From: a virus
DNA length: 64,000 bases
IMG/VR virus record: IMGVR_UViG_3300045988_101878
Location: 1-64,000 of that record
Strand: one strand, 5' to 3'
The first letter of the stretch is position 1; the number at the start of each line of letters is the position of its first letter. A model generated the notes under the pieces. That model had not been told where the DNA came from, did no database searches, and saw nothing but the letters and a program-made list of their open reading frames with translations. Positions 9,277-16,578 of the stretch are shown here, in pieces. A program made the position numbers and the translations under genes.

Positions 9277-9314
9277 AAATAAAAACAGGCGAGTCATACG
9301 TGTGCTGACTCGCC
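9277..9314 (-). terminator. rho-independent terminator (minus strand)
   Basis: On the minus strand: GGCGAGTCA-gcacacgta-TGACTCGCC, then TGTTTTTATTT. Confidence 0.75.
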
Positions 9315-9442
9315 CTTTGGTTGTTATGTCTGTTTAGCAGGCAAGTATCAAAGCTAATACAAATACTATCACTATGCACCATTCTTTTGCGTTCATCGTG
9401 GATTCCTCCTTTCTGTTTTGCAAAGTTAATGAAAATCTACGG

Positions 9443-9715
9443 TTATTCATTGGTTTCGGGGGAAATATCCCCGATAGCCTTGATGTCCGAGACTGAATCA
9501 TCCTCAGTGAAGAACTTGACCTTCATGTTATCGTCGATGTGCGCCATTGCTACGATTTCGCCTTTCTCGTCAGAGACAAGACAAATATCTCCACGTACTT
9601 CTGACTGCTTGCGGAGATACTTTACTGTTGCGTCCTTTACTGCAAGTAGATTAAACTCTTTTGTGATTGTCTCTCCCGACAAGGGGAAGTAGAATGTGAA
9701 TTTCTGCTTTTTCAT
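9443..9715 (-). CDS. hypothetical protein (90 aa)
   Basis: Its ATG overlaps the stop of the upstream Rha-like gene (9712-9715). Confidence 0.55.
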   Translation of the reverse strand: MKKQKFTFYFPLSGETITKEFNLLAVKDATVKYLRKQSEVRGDICLVSDEKGEIVAMAHIDDNMKVKFFTEDDSVSDIKAIGDISPETNE

Positions 9716-10578
9716 AATGTTTGTTGCTTTGATGTGTTATTCGTTTCGGGTTGTTCTATTAATGGAAGTACTCCATGCTCCTTTAGAATGTTATACAGGA
9801 AAAGTCTCCCTTTCTGTGTCCACTTCACGTTGGAACGTGCGCCTTTAGAGCCGTTCTTGTGGGTGTAGGTATAAGTTTCCGACTGCACATAACCGCAAGG
9901 CAAGTATTTGGCATAGAGTATCCATTGTGAGCCTACCTTGTGCTGAATGCCGTAATTCCTTAGCAGAATGTTGAACGCCTTGGCAGACTGACCATAGTCC
10001 TGCGCTATTGCCGTGACGTGGATTGTGTCCTTGCATTGCAGGATGGTGTCTACATAGCTAACCTTTGGCTGCATTTCGGAAATGGCTGTAGATAGCTCAA
10101 TTATCTCTGTATTCTTCTCCTCGATAAGGATTGTCTGCTGGGCGGTCTTCTCTTCCAACATCTTCTTCTCCTTCTGCTCGGCTATCCATGCTTCGGCTCG
10201 GGCAATGGGGTCTTCGATTTGGTAGGATGGCTGCACGGTCATGCTCTTCTCAAGTTGCTCAAGACGGTTGATGATGCGCTCCCGAAGGAGTGCGTCGTAA
10301 CCGCTTGCAAGGATAAGGCAACCTTTGGGAGTGAGGGAGTAAAAGTTAATTTCCTTATAACCGCCTTTGGGTTGTAACTGCTTTCGGGATGACAATCCAA
10401 AATTGGATTCTGATACTCCTTGCTCCAACAGCTTGCGTATATCTCGCATAACGTGAGCGTGTTGCTTACCTGTAATCTCCGCTATCTCAAGCGAAGTCAT
10501 ACGGTTCTTGTCTGTAGAATCATACAGTACCAAACTGCTCCCAAGGTCGGGAGCCTCAACTGATTTAATTTTGTCCAT
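9712..10578 (-). CDS. Rha-family regulatory protein with KilAC-type antirepressor C-terminus
   Basis: N-terminal MTSLEIAEITGKQHAHVMRDIRKLL (Rha signature). Central SYQIEDPIARAEAWIAEQ. C-terminal VTAIAQDYGQSAKAFNILLRNYGIQ (KilAC-like). Confidence 0.75.
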   Translation of the reverse strand: MDKIKSVEAPDLGSSLVLYDSTDKNRMTSLEIAEITGKQHAHVMRDIRKLLEQGVSESNFGLSSRKQLQPKGGYKEINFYSLTPKGCLILASGYDALLRERIINRLEQLEKSMTVQPSYQIEDPIARAEAWIAEQKEKKMLEEKTAQQTILIEEKNTEIIELSTAISEMQPKVSYVDTILQCKDTIHVTAIAQDYGQSAKAFNILLRNYGIQHKVGSQWILYAKYLPCGYVQSETYTYTHKNGSKGARSNVKWTQKGRLFLYNILKEHGVLPLIEQPETNNTSKQQTL

Positions 10579-10581
10579 AAT

Positions 10582-11781
10582 CTAAACTGCTAATTGTTTA
10601 TTATTGTTCATATACTGTTTTATAGTGTTCATGCTGCCGTTAACGAGATTAACAATACGGTCGTGGTAGATAGTGTACTTGTCACATGCTCCATAGCATT
10701 GCACGACTTTCATTTCTCTGAGGTCTACTTCCACAGTCTCAATACGCTTGTTGTCGATACGTGCGGAAAGAATGAGCGAGTTGGGCTTCTGATAGTACTT
10801 GTTGGCGTATACACAATGGTGCATGGCTGTGCCTTCCTCGTAAAACTCCTGCACGGACTGTAGCACATGGCATGAGATTAGGTCGTCGCTAATGTTCATG
10901 CCGAAGAAACAGCTGTGAGCCTTGACGTATTCCTCGTCACAGGCAATATCCTGCTTGATGCGGTTTAGCTCTGCAACCCTGTCGGCTGCTGACTCTTCCT
11001 TGTCTCTAAGTGCCGTGGCTGCTTGCATAGCCCAATCGTGAGTGTGAAGCAGATTCTCTGGACACACAAAGTGTGGGTTGCTGAGGTCGCAACCAATATA
11101 CTTCATGTTTTGGAGCATATCGAAGTAGAGATTGTATGCCGTGTGTCCCTCGTTCATCGGCACATAGTTGTGACGGAACATAATGCGTATGGCTTGCATG
11201 TATTCCTTGTCAAGTATGTTGTTGGTAAGCATGTACTCGGCAAGTTCGTGACGCTGCTTAAGGATAGTCTCGGCAAACTTGTCTACGGACAGGAAACGAT
11301 ACCATTGCTTGCGCTCGTTGGTAGGTATAAGACTGTCGCAATACTTGTATGTGCCATTAACGGACTTGTCGTACATGTAGGAAAAGCCTACGTCGGTGAA
11401 GTGCAGCCATGATTTGCTGTATTGTGGGTTTTGACGTATCTCCATTGGAGAGGAAAGGAGAAAAGTGTCTACGTAATAATGGAAAGCTCGCTGACGTGCT
11501 ATAAGTATCTGCTTTTCGCCTACCTTGTTCCAAAGTTGGAAGACTTCCCAAGTGCAGTCGGATATATCACGCTTGCCGTGACGGTCGATACGGAAGTAGC
11601 GAAGTACCTGCCAACCTTTGTAGGACTGGTTGATAACGGCATAGCAACGGTTGTACATATCCTCGTACTTACAAGAGCCGTATGTGTTGCGGAGTAGGCG
11701 AGCGTTGTCACGCTTGCCTATCTCGCCTAACTTGTGTGAGAGGTTAACAACCTCTTGTTCTATCTTGTTGCGTGGTTTCAT
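10582..11781 (-). CDS. PcfJ-like protein
   Basis: C-terminal EGTAMHHCVYANKYYQKPNSLILSARI...ETVEVDL...VVQCYGACDK fits the PcfJ-domain pattern. Start set at ATG 11781, directly after the upstream stop. Confidence 0.65.
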   Translation of the reverse strand: MKPRNKIEQEVVNLSHKLGEIGKRDNARLLRNTYGSCKYEDMYNRCYAVINQSYKGWQVLRYFRIDRHGKRDISDCTWEVFQLWNKVGEKQILIARQRAFHYYVDTFLLSSPMEIRQNPQYSKSWLHFTDVGFSYMYDKSVNGTYKYCDSLIPTNERKQWYRFLSVDKFAETILKQRHELAEYMLTNNILDKEYMQAIRIMFRHNYVPMNEGHTAYNLYFDMLQNMKYIGCDLSNPHFVCPENLLHTHDWAMQAATALRDKEESAADRVAELNRIKQDIACDEEYVKAHSCFFGMNISDDLISCHVLQSVQEFYEEGTAMHHCVYANKYYQKPNSLILSARIDNKRIETVEVDLREMKVVQCYGACDKYTIYHDRIVNLVNGSMNTIKQYMNNNKQLAV

Positions 11782-11782
11782 A

Positions 11783-12184
11783 TTACATTCCTTCAAATAA
11801 ATCAAGTTGTAGTGAGTTGTCTGAGCCTTTCTTTGCCTTTTTCTTCGCCCTTGGCTTTGGCTCGGGGATTAGTACTGGCTGAGGCTTCGCCTCCTGCTTT
11901 GGCTTCTTCTCTGCCTTTGGCTTTGAAGTCGTTACCTCTGCCCTTGGCGTGCATCCCTTTGTGGGGTTAACGTCCTTCTCCTGATAGTAGTGGACTGCCA
12001 TTTGCAATACTTCATCATCCGATATTGCTGCGCAACCGTTTACGGCTTGCTTTTGCGCCTGTTGTGTGACGTAGCGGATGCAATCAGTCATAGACTTTTG
12101 CTCGTCCTCATAACGCTCGCGGAAGTTTGGGTCTTGGCTTGCCATTTCCCCTAACTTTGCTTCGAGATATTCCTGTGCTGTCAT
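11783..12184 (-). CDS. PcfK-like protein (the family that includes anti-CRISPR AcrIIA9)
   Basis: N-terminus MTAQEYLEAKLGEMASQDPNFRERYEDEQKSMTDCIRYVTQQAQK... and a lysine-rich tail, next to PcfJ-like and PcfM-like genes. Family assignment is from memory. Confidence 0.55.
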   Translation of the reverse strand: MTAQEYLEAKLGEMASQDPNFRERYEDEQKSMTDCIRYVTQQAQKQAVNGCAAISDDEVLQMAVHYYQEKDVNPTKGCTPRAEVTTSKPKAEKKPKQEAKPQPVLIPEPKPRAKKKAKKGSDNSLQLDLFEGM

Positions 12185-12191
12185 AATGCTT

Positions 12192-12377
12192 CTATTTTTT
12201 ATTCTTACACATCCCTAAGCACTCCAAATTATAGCTGTCGAAATCATCAGCCGTTAGGATAACGTCTCCTGTGCGGTACATGTGATTCACGGTTGCCTTT
12301 GCTTCGTGCTCGTCATTTGCTTCAACTTCAACCCTTTTGCATAAGGTCTCGATTATCAATACTTCGTACTTTGCCAT
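12192..12377 (-). CDS. DpnD/PcfM-like small protein (61 aa)
   Basis: MAKYEVLIIETLCKRVEVEANDEHEAKATVNHMYRTGDVILTADDFDSY fits the DpnD/PcfM pattern. Start set at ATG 12377. Confidence 0.5.
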   Translation of the reverse strand: MAKYEVLIIETLCKRVEVEANDEHEAKATVNHMYRTGDVILTADDFDSYNLECLGMCKNKK

Positions 12378-12390
12378 AGCTGTATATTTT

Positions 12391-12744
12391 TTAGTTGTTA
12401 ATGACGTAATGAAATGATATTGTACATGTGTTGTTAACCATGAGACAAACAGTCTTAAGACTTGTGCTGCCGTCAATGGTATTGTCGTTGACTGATTCCT
12501 CAACGCTCTTAAGCCATTGACTTACCTGCTTAAGTATCTCCTTGTCAAGAGCCTTGTCAAGAATCTCAAGGAAAACAACATGACTGTTGAAGTTGTACAT
12601 TAGCTTGGCTACACCTCCATTAATGAAGCCTATGACTGTGCCAAACTTGTTCTCACAATATTCATCGTTGTCGAACAGTCCTTCAAAAAGCATGTCGCTA
12701 CATAAGTCCTTTTCGTTAATAGGACATGGGATTATCTTCTTCAT
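12391..12744 (-). CDS. hypothetical protein (117 aa)
   Basis: ORF in the leftward operon. Confidence 0.5.
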   Translation of the reverse strand: MKKIIPCPINEKDLCSDMLFEGLFDNDEYCENKFGTVIGFINGGVAKLMYNFNSHVVFLEILDKALDKEILKQVSQWLKSVEESVNDNTIDGSTSLKTVCLMVNNTCTISFHYVINN

Positions 12745-12820
12745 AATTGTAATGTTTTATTGTTATTAGTTCCGTTGTCGGTGTCGCTCCGAAATGGTTT
12801 CTATCCCCAACGGATTGTTG

Positions 12821-13033
12821 TCACTTGATGTTGTGCGACCATTTGTAAAGCCTTTCAAAATGGTCTGAACCTGTGTACGTGTCTATGTCTCCGTAATCGT
12901 CTATATCGTTGCATAGCTGGCGAACATCTTGTTTGAGTTGCTGACGTTCCTTCTCTATGTCAGTAAGATATTTGATTGTTATAGCCGAAAAGGCTGCACT
13001 AAGGAATAACAGGATAAATAATACTTTGTTCAT
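12821..13033 (-). CDS. small membrane-anchored protein (70 aa)
   Basis: N-terminal hydrophobic helix VLFILLFLSAAFSAITI followed by a coiled segment. Confidence 0.5.
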   Translation of the reverse strand: MNKVLFILLFLSAAFSAITIKYLTDIEKERQQLKQDVRQLCNDIDDYGDIDTYTGSDHFERLYKWSHNIK

Positions 13034-13124
13034 AATCTTCTATTGTTTAATTGTTTATAATGTATCATCGTGCGTAACAGACTGCTCTACCGTGTATCTT
13101 GCGCAACATTGATAGTACTTCACG

Positions 13125-13304
13125 TTAGATAATTCTGTTCTGTATTGTGCGTATCTGGCTCTCAAGTTCTTTCTTTGTCCAAAACCGCATGGTTGATGGC
13201 TTTTTGTCCTGACTGCATTTGCAGCAAAACCACATCACTCCTCCATATACATCACTCAGTCCTACACAATAGGACGTGCCGTTGATTGTTACTTTCTCTT
13301 GCAT
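13125..13304 (-). CDS. possible small Cys-rich protein (59 aa), below the ORF-track cutoff
   Basis: Hand translation gives MQEKVTINGTSYCVGLSDVYGGVMWFCCKCSQDKKPSTMRFWTKKELESQIRTIQNRII. Fills an otherwise empty 250-nt gap. Overlaps the upstream gene by 16 nt. Confidence 0.3.
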   Translation of the reverse strand: MQEKVTINGTSYCVGLSDVYGGVMWFCCKCSQDKKPSTMRFWTKKELESQIRTIQNRII

Positions 13305-13474
13305 TCTCCGAATAATTTAAGTTTGAGACTTGTCGCGTTGTCTATTTCCTCGTTGATAAATCCGCGTGTCAAAGGCGCAATATTCTTGCGCTTCAACTGC
13401 TTTTGTCTGCTGTCGATATACTCGCCTAATATCTGTCTTAGAAATAGCTGTTCTGCGATGGTTAATGTTATCAT
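13289..13474 (-). CDS. hypothetical protein (61 aa)
   Basis: ORF in operon context. Confidence 0.45.
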   Translation of the reverse strand: MITLTIAEQLFLRQILGEYIDSRQKQLKRKNIAPLTRGFINEEIDNATSLKLKLFGECKRK

Positions 13475-13497
13475 AATGTCTGCTTTAGGGCGTTAGC

Positions 13498-13526
13498 TTG
13501 GTGGGGCAACGCCCCACCTTATCTTC
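13498..13526. repeat. copy 1 of the conserved GC-hairpin element
   Basis: TTGGTGGGGCAACGCCCCACCTTATCTTC: 6-7 bp GC stem, 3-nt loop, conserved flanks. Lies 3 nt after a minus-strand stop codon. Confidence 0.7.
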
Positions 13527-13529
13527 GGC

Positions 13530-13622
13530 TTATTCTTCTTCCGTAAACTCCTTCCAATGTCTCCCCACATAGATTCCTGCCACATAGGAGACGACTGCCA
13601 ATGCTATAGTAAATTCAATCAT
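13530..13622 (-). CDS. possible 30-aa single-TM peptide
   Basis: Hand translation gives MIEFTIALAVVSYVAGIYVGRHWKEFTEEE. Its ATG overlaps the upstream stop (ATGATTGA). Confidence 0.3.
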   Translation of the reverse strand: MIEFTIALAVVSYVAGIYVGRHWKEFTEEE

Positions 13623-14058
13623 GATTAATTGTATTTTCGATTTGTTGTATTCCTGCTCTCTCCTCTATCTCCTTGCGGTCGTACAAGGTAAATGTCATGT
13701 ATTTGCAGTCTCCTGCGTATCGTGGCACTGGTGCGAAGTATACGCCAAAGTAAAGAGTTACTTTAAGACAACATGACAAGTCGTAATTGTCAAGTATTCC
13801 CTTAGCTTCAGCAAATACCTCTTCGAGTGTCTTGCTTTTGAGTTTTTGGGTTGTGCTATAGTTTCTGTAGCTGAAGCCCATCCATGCGCCTTGCTTCATA
13901 CGCTCATTTTTCTGTACTGCTTCATTCTGCCTTTTGGCAAACATGATAGCTGAATGCTCGTCAGCATAGTGGTTAACTCTAACACCTGTCTCAGCATTGA
14001 TAATGCTGTAGATAGTGCAACCGCATTCGGTTTCTTTTCTTACGATGTACTTTCCCAT
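13615..14058 (-). CDS. hypothetical protein (147 aa)
   Basis: ORF in operon context. Confidence 0.55.
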   Translation of the reverse strand: MGKYIVRKETECGCTIYSIINAETGVRVNHYADEHSAIMFAKRQNEAVQKNERMKQGAWMGFSYRNYSTTQKLKSKTLEEVFAEAKGILDNYDLSCCLKVTLYFGVYFAPVPRYAGDCKYMTFTLYDRKEIEERAGIQQIENTINHD

Positions 14059-14133
14059 ATCTGCAATAATTAAAGTTAGTTCCGTGCCGGGTCTCGAACC
14101 CGATGTGCGCCTTATCGCTCACGGATGAAGGGA
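14059..14133 (-). other. tRNA-like minihelix (acceptor-like stem plus canonical T-arm, no anticodon arm)
   Basis: Minus strand reads ..TCCGTG-AGCGATAAGGCGCACA-TCGGG-TTCGAGA-CCCGG-CACGGA-AC. The T-loop TTCGAGA is closed by G-C. The 6-bp terminal stem is TCCGTG/CACGGA. The element fills the exact 75-nt gap between two genes. Confidence 0.35.
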
Positions 14134-14466
14134 TTATTGTTTCGGCTTTTCGTAGTAGCACGATACCTTGTAGCCATTCTTTATAAGAATGTTGAGTAGG
14201 GTTTGTGCGCTCTTGTAGAAGAGATTCAACTCGATGCTTACGACTTCGTCTGTAAACAACCGTTTTTCACTCTTGATGATGCTGTTACAATGCTTCTTGT
14301 CAGCAAAGAAGGCATACACGAGGTATCTTTCTTCTCCATCAAGTTCAAATTCGCTAAGAAAGATAGCGAGGGCGTTGCCGATGTAGATATTTACATCGTA
14401 AGTTCTTTCTTTCTGCTTGATGGTCATCTTGCCCATCTTGTCAGTCCATTTCCATTGTAATGCCAT
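14134..14466 (-). CDS. hypothetical protein (110 aa)
   Basis: ORF in operon context. Confidence 0.55.
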   Translation of the reverse strand: MALQWKWTDKMGKMTIKQKERTYDVNIYIGNALAIFLSEFELDGEERYLVYAFFADKKHCNSIIKSEKRLFTDEVVSIELNLFYKSAQTLLNILIKNGYKVSCYYEKPKQ

Positions 14467-14479
14467 AATTGTATATTTT

Positions 14480-14695
14480 TTAAAAAATGTGTATTGCTGT
14501 TTCTCTCTTAGTTACTGCGTATAGCTTACCACTCTTGCCCTTCATTAGCAGACCATTGAGACCGTTAATGCCTTTTGAGTAGCCTATTTTGTCGTACCAC
14601 TCTGGGATGGCTGTTGTACTGATAGCGTCCGTTACGTCTATTGCTGCACCTATCTTGACAAGCTCTTTGAGCTGTCTTGTTGTATACTTCTTCAT
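14480..14695 (-). CDS. hypothetical protein (71 aa)
   Basis: Its ATG overlaps the upstream stop (ATGA). Confidence 0.5.
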   Translation of the reverse strand: MKKYTTRQLKELVKIGAAIDVTDAISTTAIPEWYDKIGYSKGINGLNGLLMKGKSGKLYAVTKRETAIHIF

Positions 14696-14862
14696 AGCTG
14701 TTTATCTATATTGTTATTAATGCTATAGCGTCCGTTTTTTCGCATTAAAGATAATTTTTGTTGACATTCCTTTTTTGTAGGAGCTGCGCATATTATACCT
14801 TTTTCATCGAACGCTCCCCAATTCCAAGGAGCGGGACGTTTTTTATAGATTACCTTCTTCAT
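14692..14862 (-). CDS. possible small protein (56 aa), below the ORF-track cutoff
   Basis: Hand translation gives MKKVIYKKRPAPWNWGAFDEKGIICAAPTKKECQQKLSLMRKNGRYSINNNIDKQL. Its stop overlaps the next ATG. Confidence 0.35.
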   Translation of the reverse strand: MKKVIYKKRPAPWNWGAFDEKGIICAAPTKKECQQKLSLMRKNGRYSINNNIDKQL

Positions 14863-14901
14863 AGCTGTATAGTGTTAATGGTTATTGATATGTGCGAAGC
14901 C

Positions 14902-14930
14902 TTGGAGGGGCAACGCCCCTCCTTATCTTC
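14902..14930. repeat. copy 2 of the conserved GC-hairpin element
   Basis: TTGGAGGGGCAACGCCCCTCCTTATCTTC. Lies 2 nt after a minus-strand stop codon. Confidence 0.7.
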
Positions 14931-14932
14931 TG

Positions 14933-15088
14933 TTAGTTCTGCCAATACACAACATAATTGTGTTCCTTGTCACTCAGATTGGACAATCTTGCATAGTCGT
15001 GCGCGTCCTTTGCATCATCAAACCACGCTACTACTGTTGGTAATGTGCTACCACTCTTGTACTGTTTTGTTACGATAAACTTCTTCAT
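14933..15088 (-). CDS. possible small protein (51 aa), below the ORF-track cutoff
   Basis: Hand translation gives MKKFIVTKQYKSGSTLPTVVAWFDDAKDAHDYARLSNLSDKEHNYVVYWQN. Confidence 0.35.
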   Translation of the reverse strand: MKKFIVTKQYKSGSTLPTVVAWFDDAKDAHDYARLSNLSDKEHNYVVYWQN

Positions 15089-15117
15089 AATAATTGTATG
15101 AGTTTAGAATGTTAATA

Positions 15118-15447
15118 TTAGCGTTCCTTTGTCAGTATATCAATATAATATTTCTTATTAACGTCAACTTCTTCAACTTCGTAATAAGTTTTACACTTCA
15201 CGTATTGTGATTCTGTCTTGTTGATGAACTGCTTTGCCATTGTTTCGCAATAGCTACCACCAAATGAACCTCCTAACGTGTTTTCGTTTCCGTACTCAAG
15301 AATAAAGGTGCGCATTTCTTCATCCTTATAACCTTTTCTTGTTGCCACAGCGAGTATTCCGTAGAACGAGTTGTGAAAGATGTATTGCTTACCTGTAAAT
15401 ATTACATTTACCTCGCATCCGTTTCTCTTAATTTTGTAGATTTCCAT
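15118..15447 (-). CDS. hypothetical protein (109 aa), first gene of the leftward operon
   Basis: ORF next to the divergent control region. Confidence 0.55.
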   Translation of the reverse strand: MEIYKIKRNGCEVNVIFTGKQYIFHNSFYGILAVATRKGYKDEEMRTFILEYGNENTLGGSFGGSYCETMAKQFINKTESQYVKCKTYYEVEEVDVNKKYYIDILTKER

Positions 15448-15500
15448 AATTGTATGTTTAAATTGTTAATATTAATGTTGATGCAATCTCTTGATTACGC

Positions 15501-15546
15501 TTGTAAAGGTAATGGTATTTCTTTACATTGCAAGTATTTTGTAAAG
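15501..15546. promoter_or_regulatory. operator-like repeats in the divergent control region
   Basis: TTGTAAAG at 15501 and 15539 (direct), with the inverted partner CTTTACA at 15521. On the minus strand TACCTTTA, a near TAnnTTTG box, overlaps the first copy. Confidence 0.4.
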
Positions 15547-15649
15547 AAATATCATTATAATTAACATTGATTAGTAAATAAATAACATTACAATACATTT
15601 TGTTTACACTTATTAGCAATCAAATGTCTTTACGGTACATTTTATTGTG

Positions 15650-15657
15650 TACCTTTG
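15650..15657 (+). promoter_or_regulatory. Bacteroidota-type -7 box candidate (TACCTTTG) for the HTH gene
   Basis: Matches TAnnTTTG and lies 24 nt upstream of ATG 15681. No clean -33 TTTG at canonical spacing. Confidence 0.35.
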
Positions 15658-15680
15658 CGAAAGATATAACATTACGTATT

Positions 15681-15995
15681 ATGAGAATAGAAGAAATACT
15701 AACAGAAAAAGGCATGAGTAAGGCCGCGTTAGCCGAGAAAATGAATACTTCGCGGCAGAATATAAATTCACTTTTAAAAAATCCATCAGCAAAGAAAATC
15801 GAAGAATTTGCGGCGGCGTTAGATGTTCCCGTATGGCAATTGTTCGCTTCTCCTGCTGAGGTCACAAACATTCCTCAGGAGACCAACGCAGAGTTTGCAG
15901 CCTTCATCCGCTACAAGGGCATCCATTACACGGCTGACTCTCTGGAGGAATTCAATACAATCGTGGAAGAGATAAGAAGTATAACTAATAATTAA
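15681..15995 (+). CDS. XRE/cI-type helix-turn-helix regulator (104 aa)
   Basis: MRIEEILTEKGMSKAALAEKMNTSRQNINSLLKNP is a classic HTH_3 pattern. Start set at ATG 15681. Confidence 0.75.
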   Translation: MRIEEILTEKGMSKAALAEKMNTSRQNINSLLKNPSAKKIEEFAAALDVPVWQLFASPAEVTNIPQETNAEFAAFIRYKGIHYTADSLEEFNTIVEEIRSITNN

Positions 15996-16003
15996 AAAAA
16001 ACA

Positions 16004-16531
16004 ATGAATCAAACATCTTTAATTGTCGGTGGTATATTCATCGGCTTGGCAATTATTATTGTTGTGTACAATGTACTAAAAGGAAGTAAGAAAACAACAA
16101 TGAACCTAAATCCTATTGACGGAATACGTCCAAATGGCGTATTAGGATTCGAGTTAGGAGACGAGTGTTTATTTTGTCTGTCAAGGCTCAAGCACCTTAA
16201 TTTATCTGTGGATAGGGATGAACTAAACAACAGTTCTTCAGCAGGTTTCGTTGCATGGGGTAAGGGCGTTTTTAATAACATAAACGAAGTTCGTTTCCGT
16301 TTTGACAATAATAGACTTTCATTTATAGTTATAGACATTGACTTTTCATCTGAAGGCATAAAGGATATGTACGGAATTTTAGTTAGTCGAATATGTAGAG
16401 TATTAGGACAAGAACCTGCAATATGTACCACCATGAAAGCAGTATGGAATACATCACGTAGTGATATAGAATTATTTAGACATATGGTGCCAGTATTAGA
16501 AGAAGAAGTACTGTTGATAAAAATATCCTAA
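16004..16531 (+). CDS. N-terminally membrane-anchored protein (175 aa), co-transcribed with the HTH gene
   Basis: TM helix LIVGGIFIGLAIIIVVYNVL followed by a soluble domain. Confidence 0.6.
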   Translation: MNQTSLIVGGIFIGLAIIIVVYNVLKGSKKTTMNLNPIDGIRPNGVLGFELGDECLFCLSRLKHLNLSVDRDELNNSSSAGFVAWGKGVFNNINEVRFRFDNNRLSFIVIDIDFSSEGIKDMYGILVSRICRVLGQEPAICTTMKAVWNTSRSDIELFRHMVPVLEEEVLLIKIS

Positions 16532-16578
16532 TAACTACTTTCATGGCGTTATCTCCGCGAGGGGCAGGGCGGCAGCCC

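Noticed and set aside
9334-9396. A 20-codon hydrophobic peptide ORF (MNAKEWCIVIVFVLALILAC) with a strong GAAAGGAGG upstream.
   Set aside because: Too short to support without expression data. It is mentioned in the finding on 7481-9254 and not listed as a gene.
943-9410. Firmicutes host inferred from strong SD-like AAAGGAGG motifs upstream of several genes (957, 2602, 4683, 5056, 5442 and the 9396 peptide).
   Set aside because: Only about a third of the early genes have them. Other signals point to Bacteroidota: PcfJ/K/M-like genes, the HTH type, and three TAnnTTTG boxes at operon starts. The host call stays an inference and the SD-like motifs are noted, not relied on.
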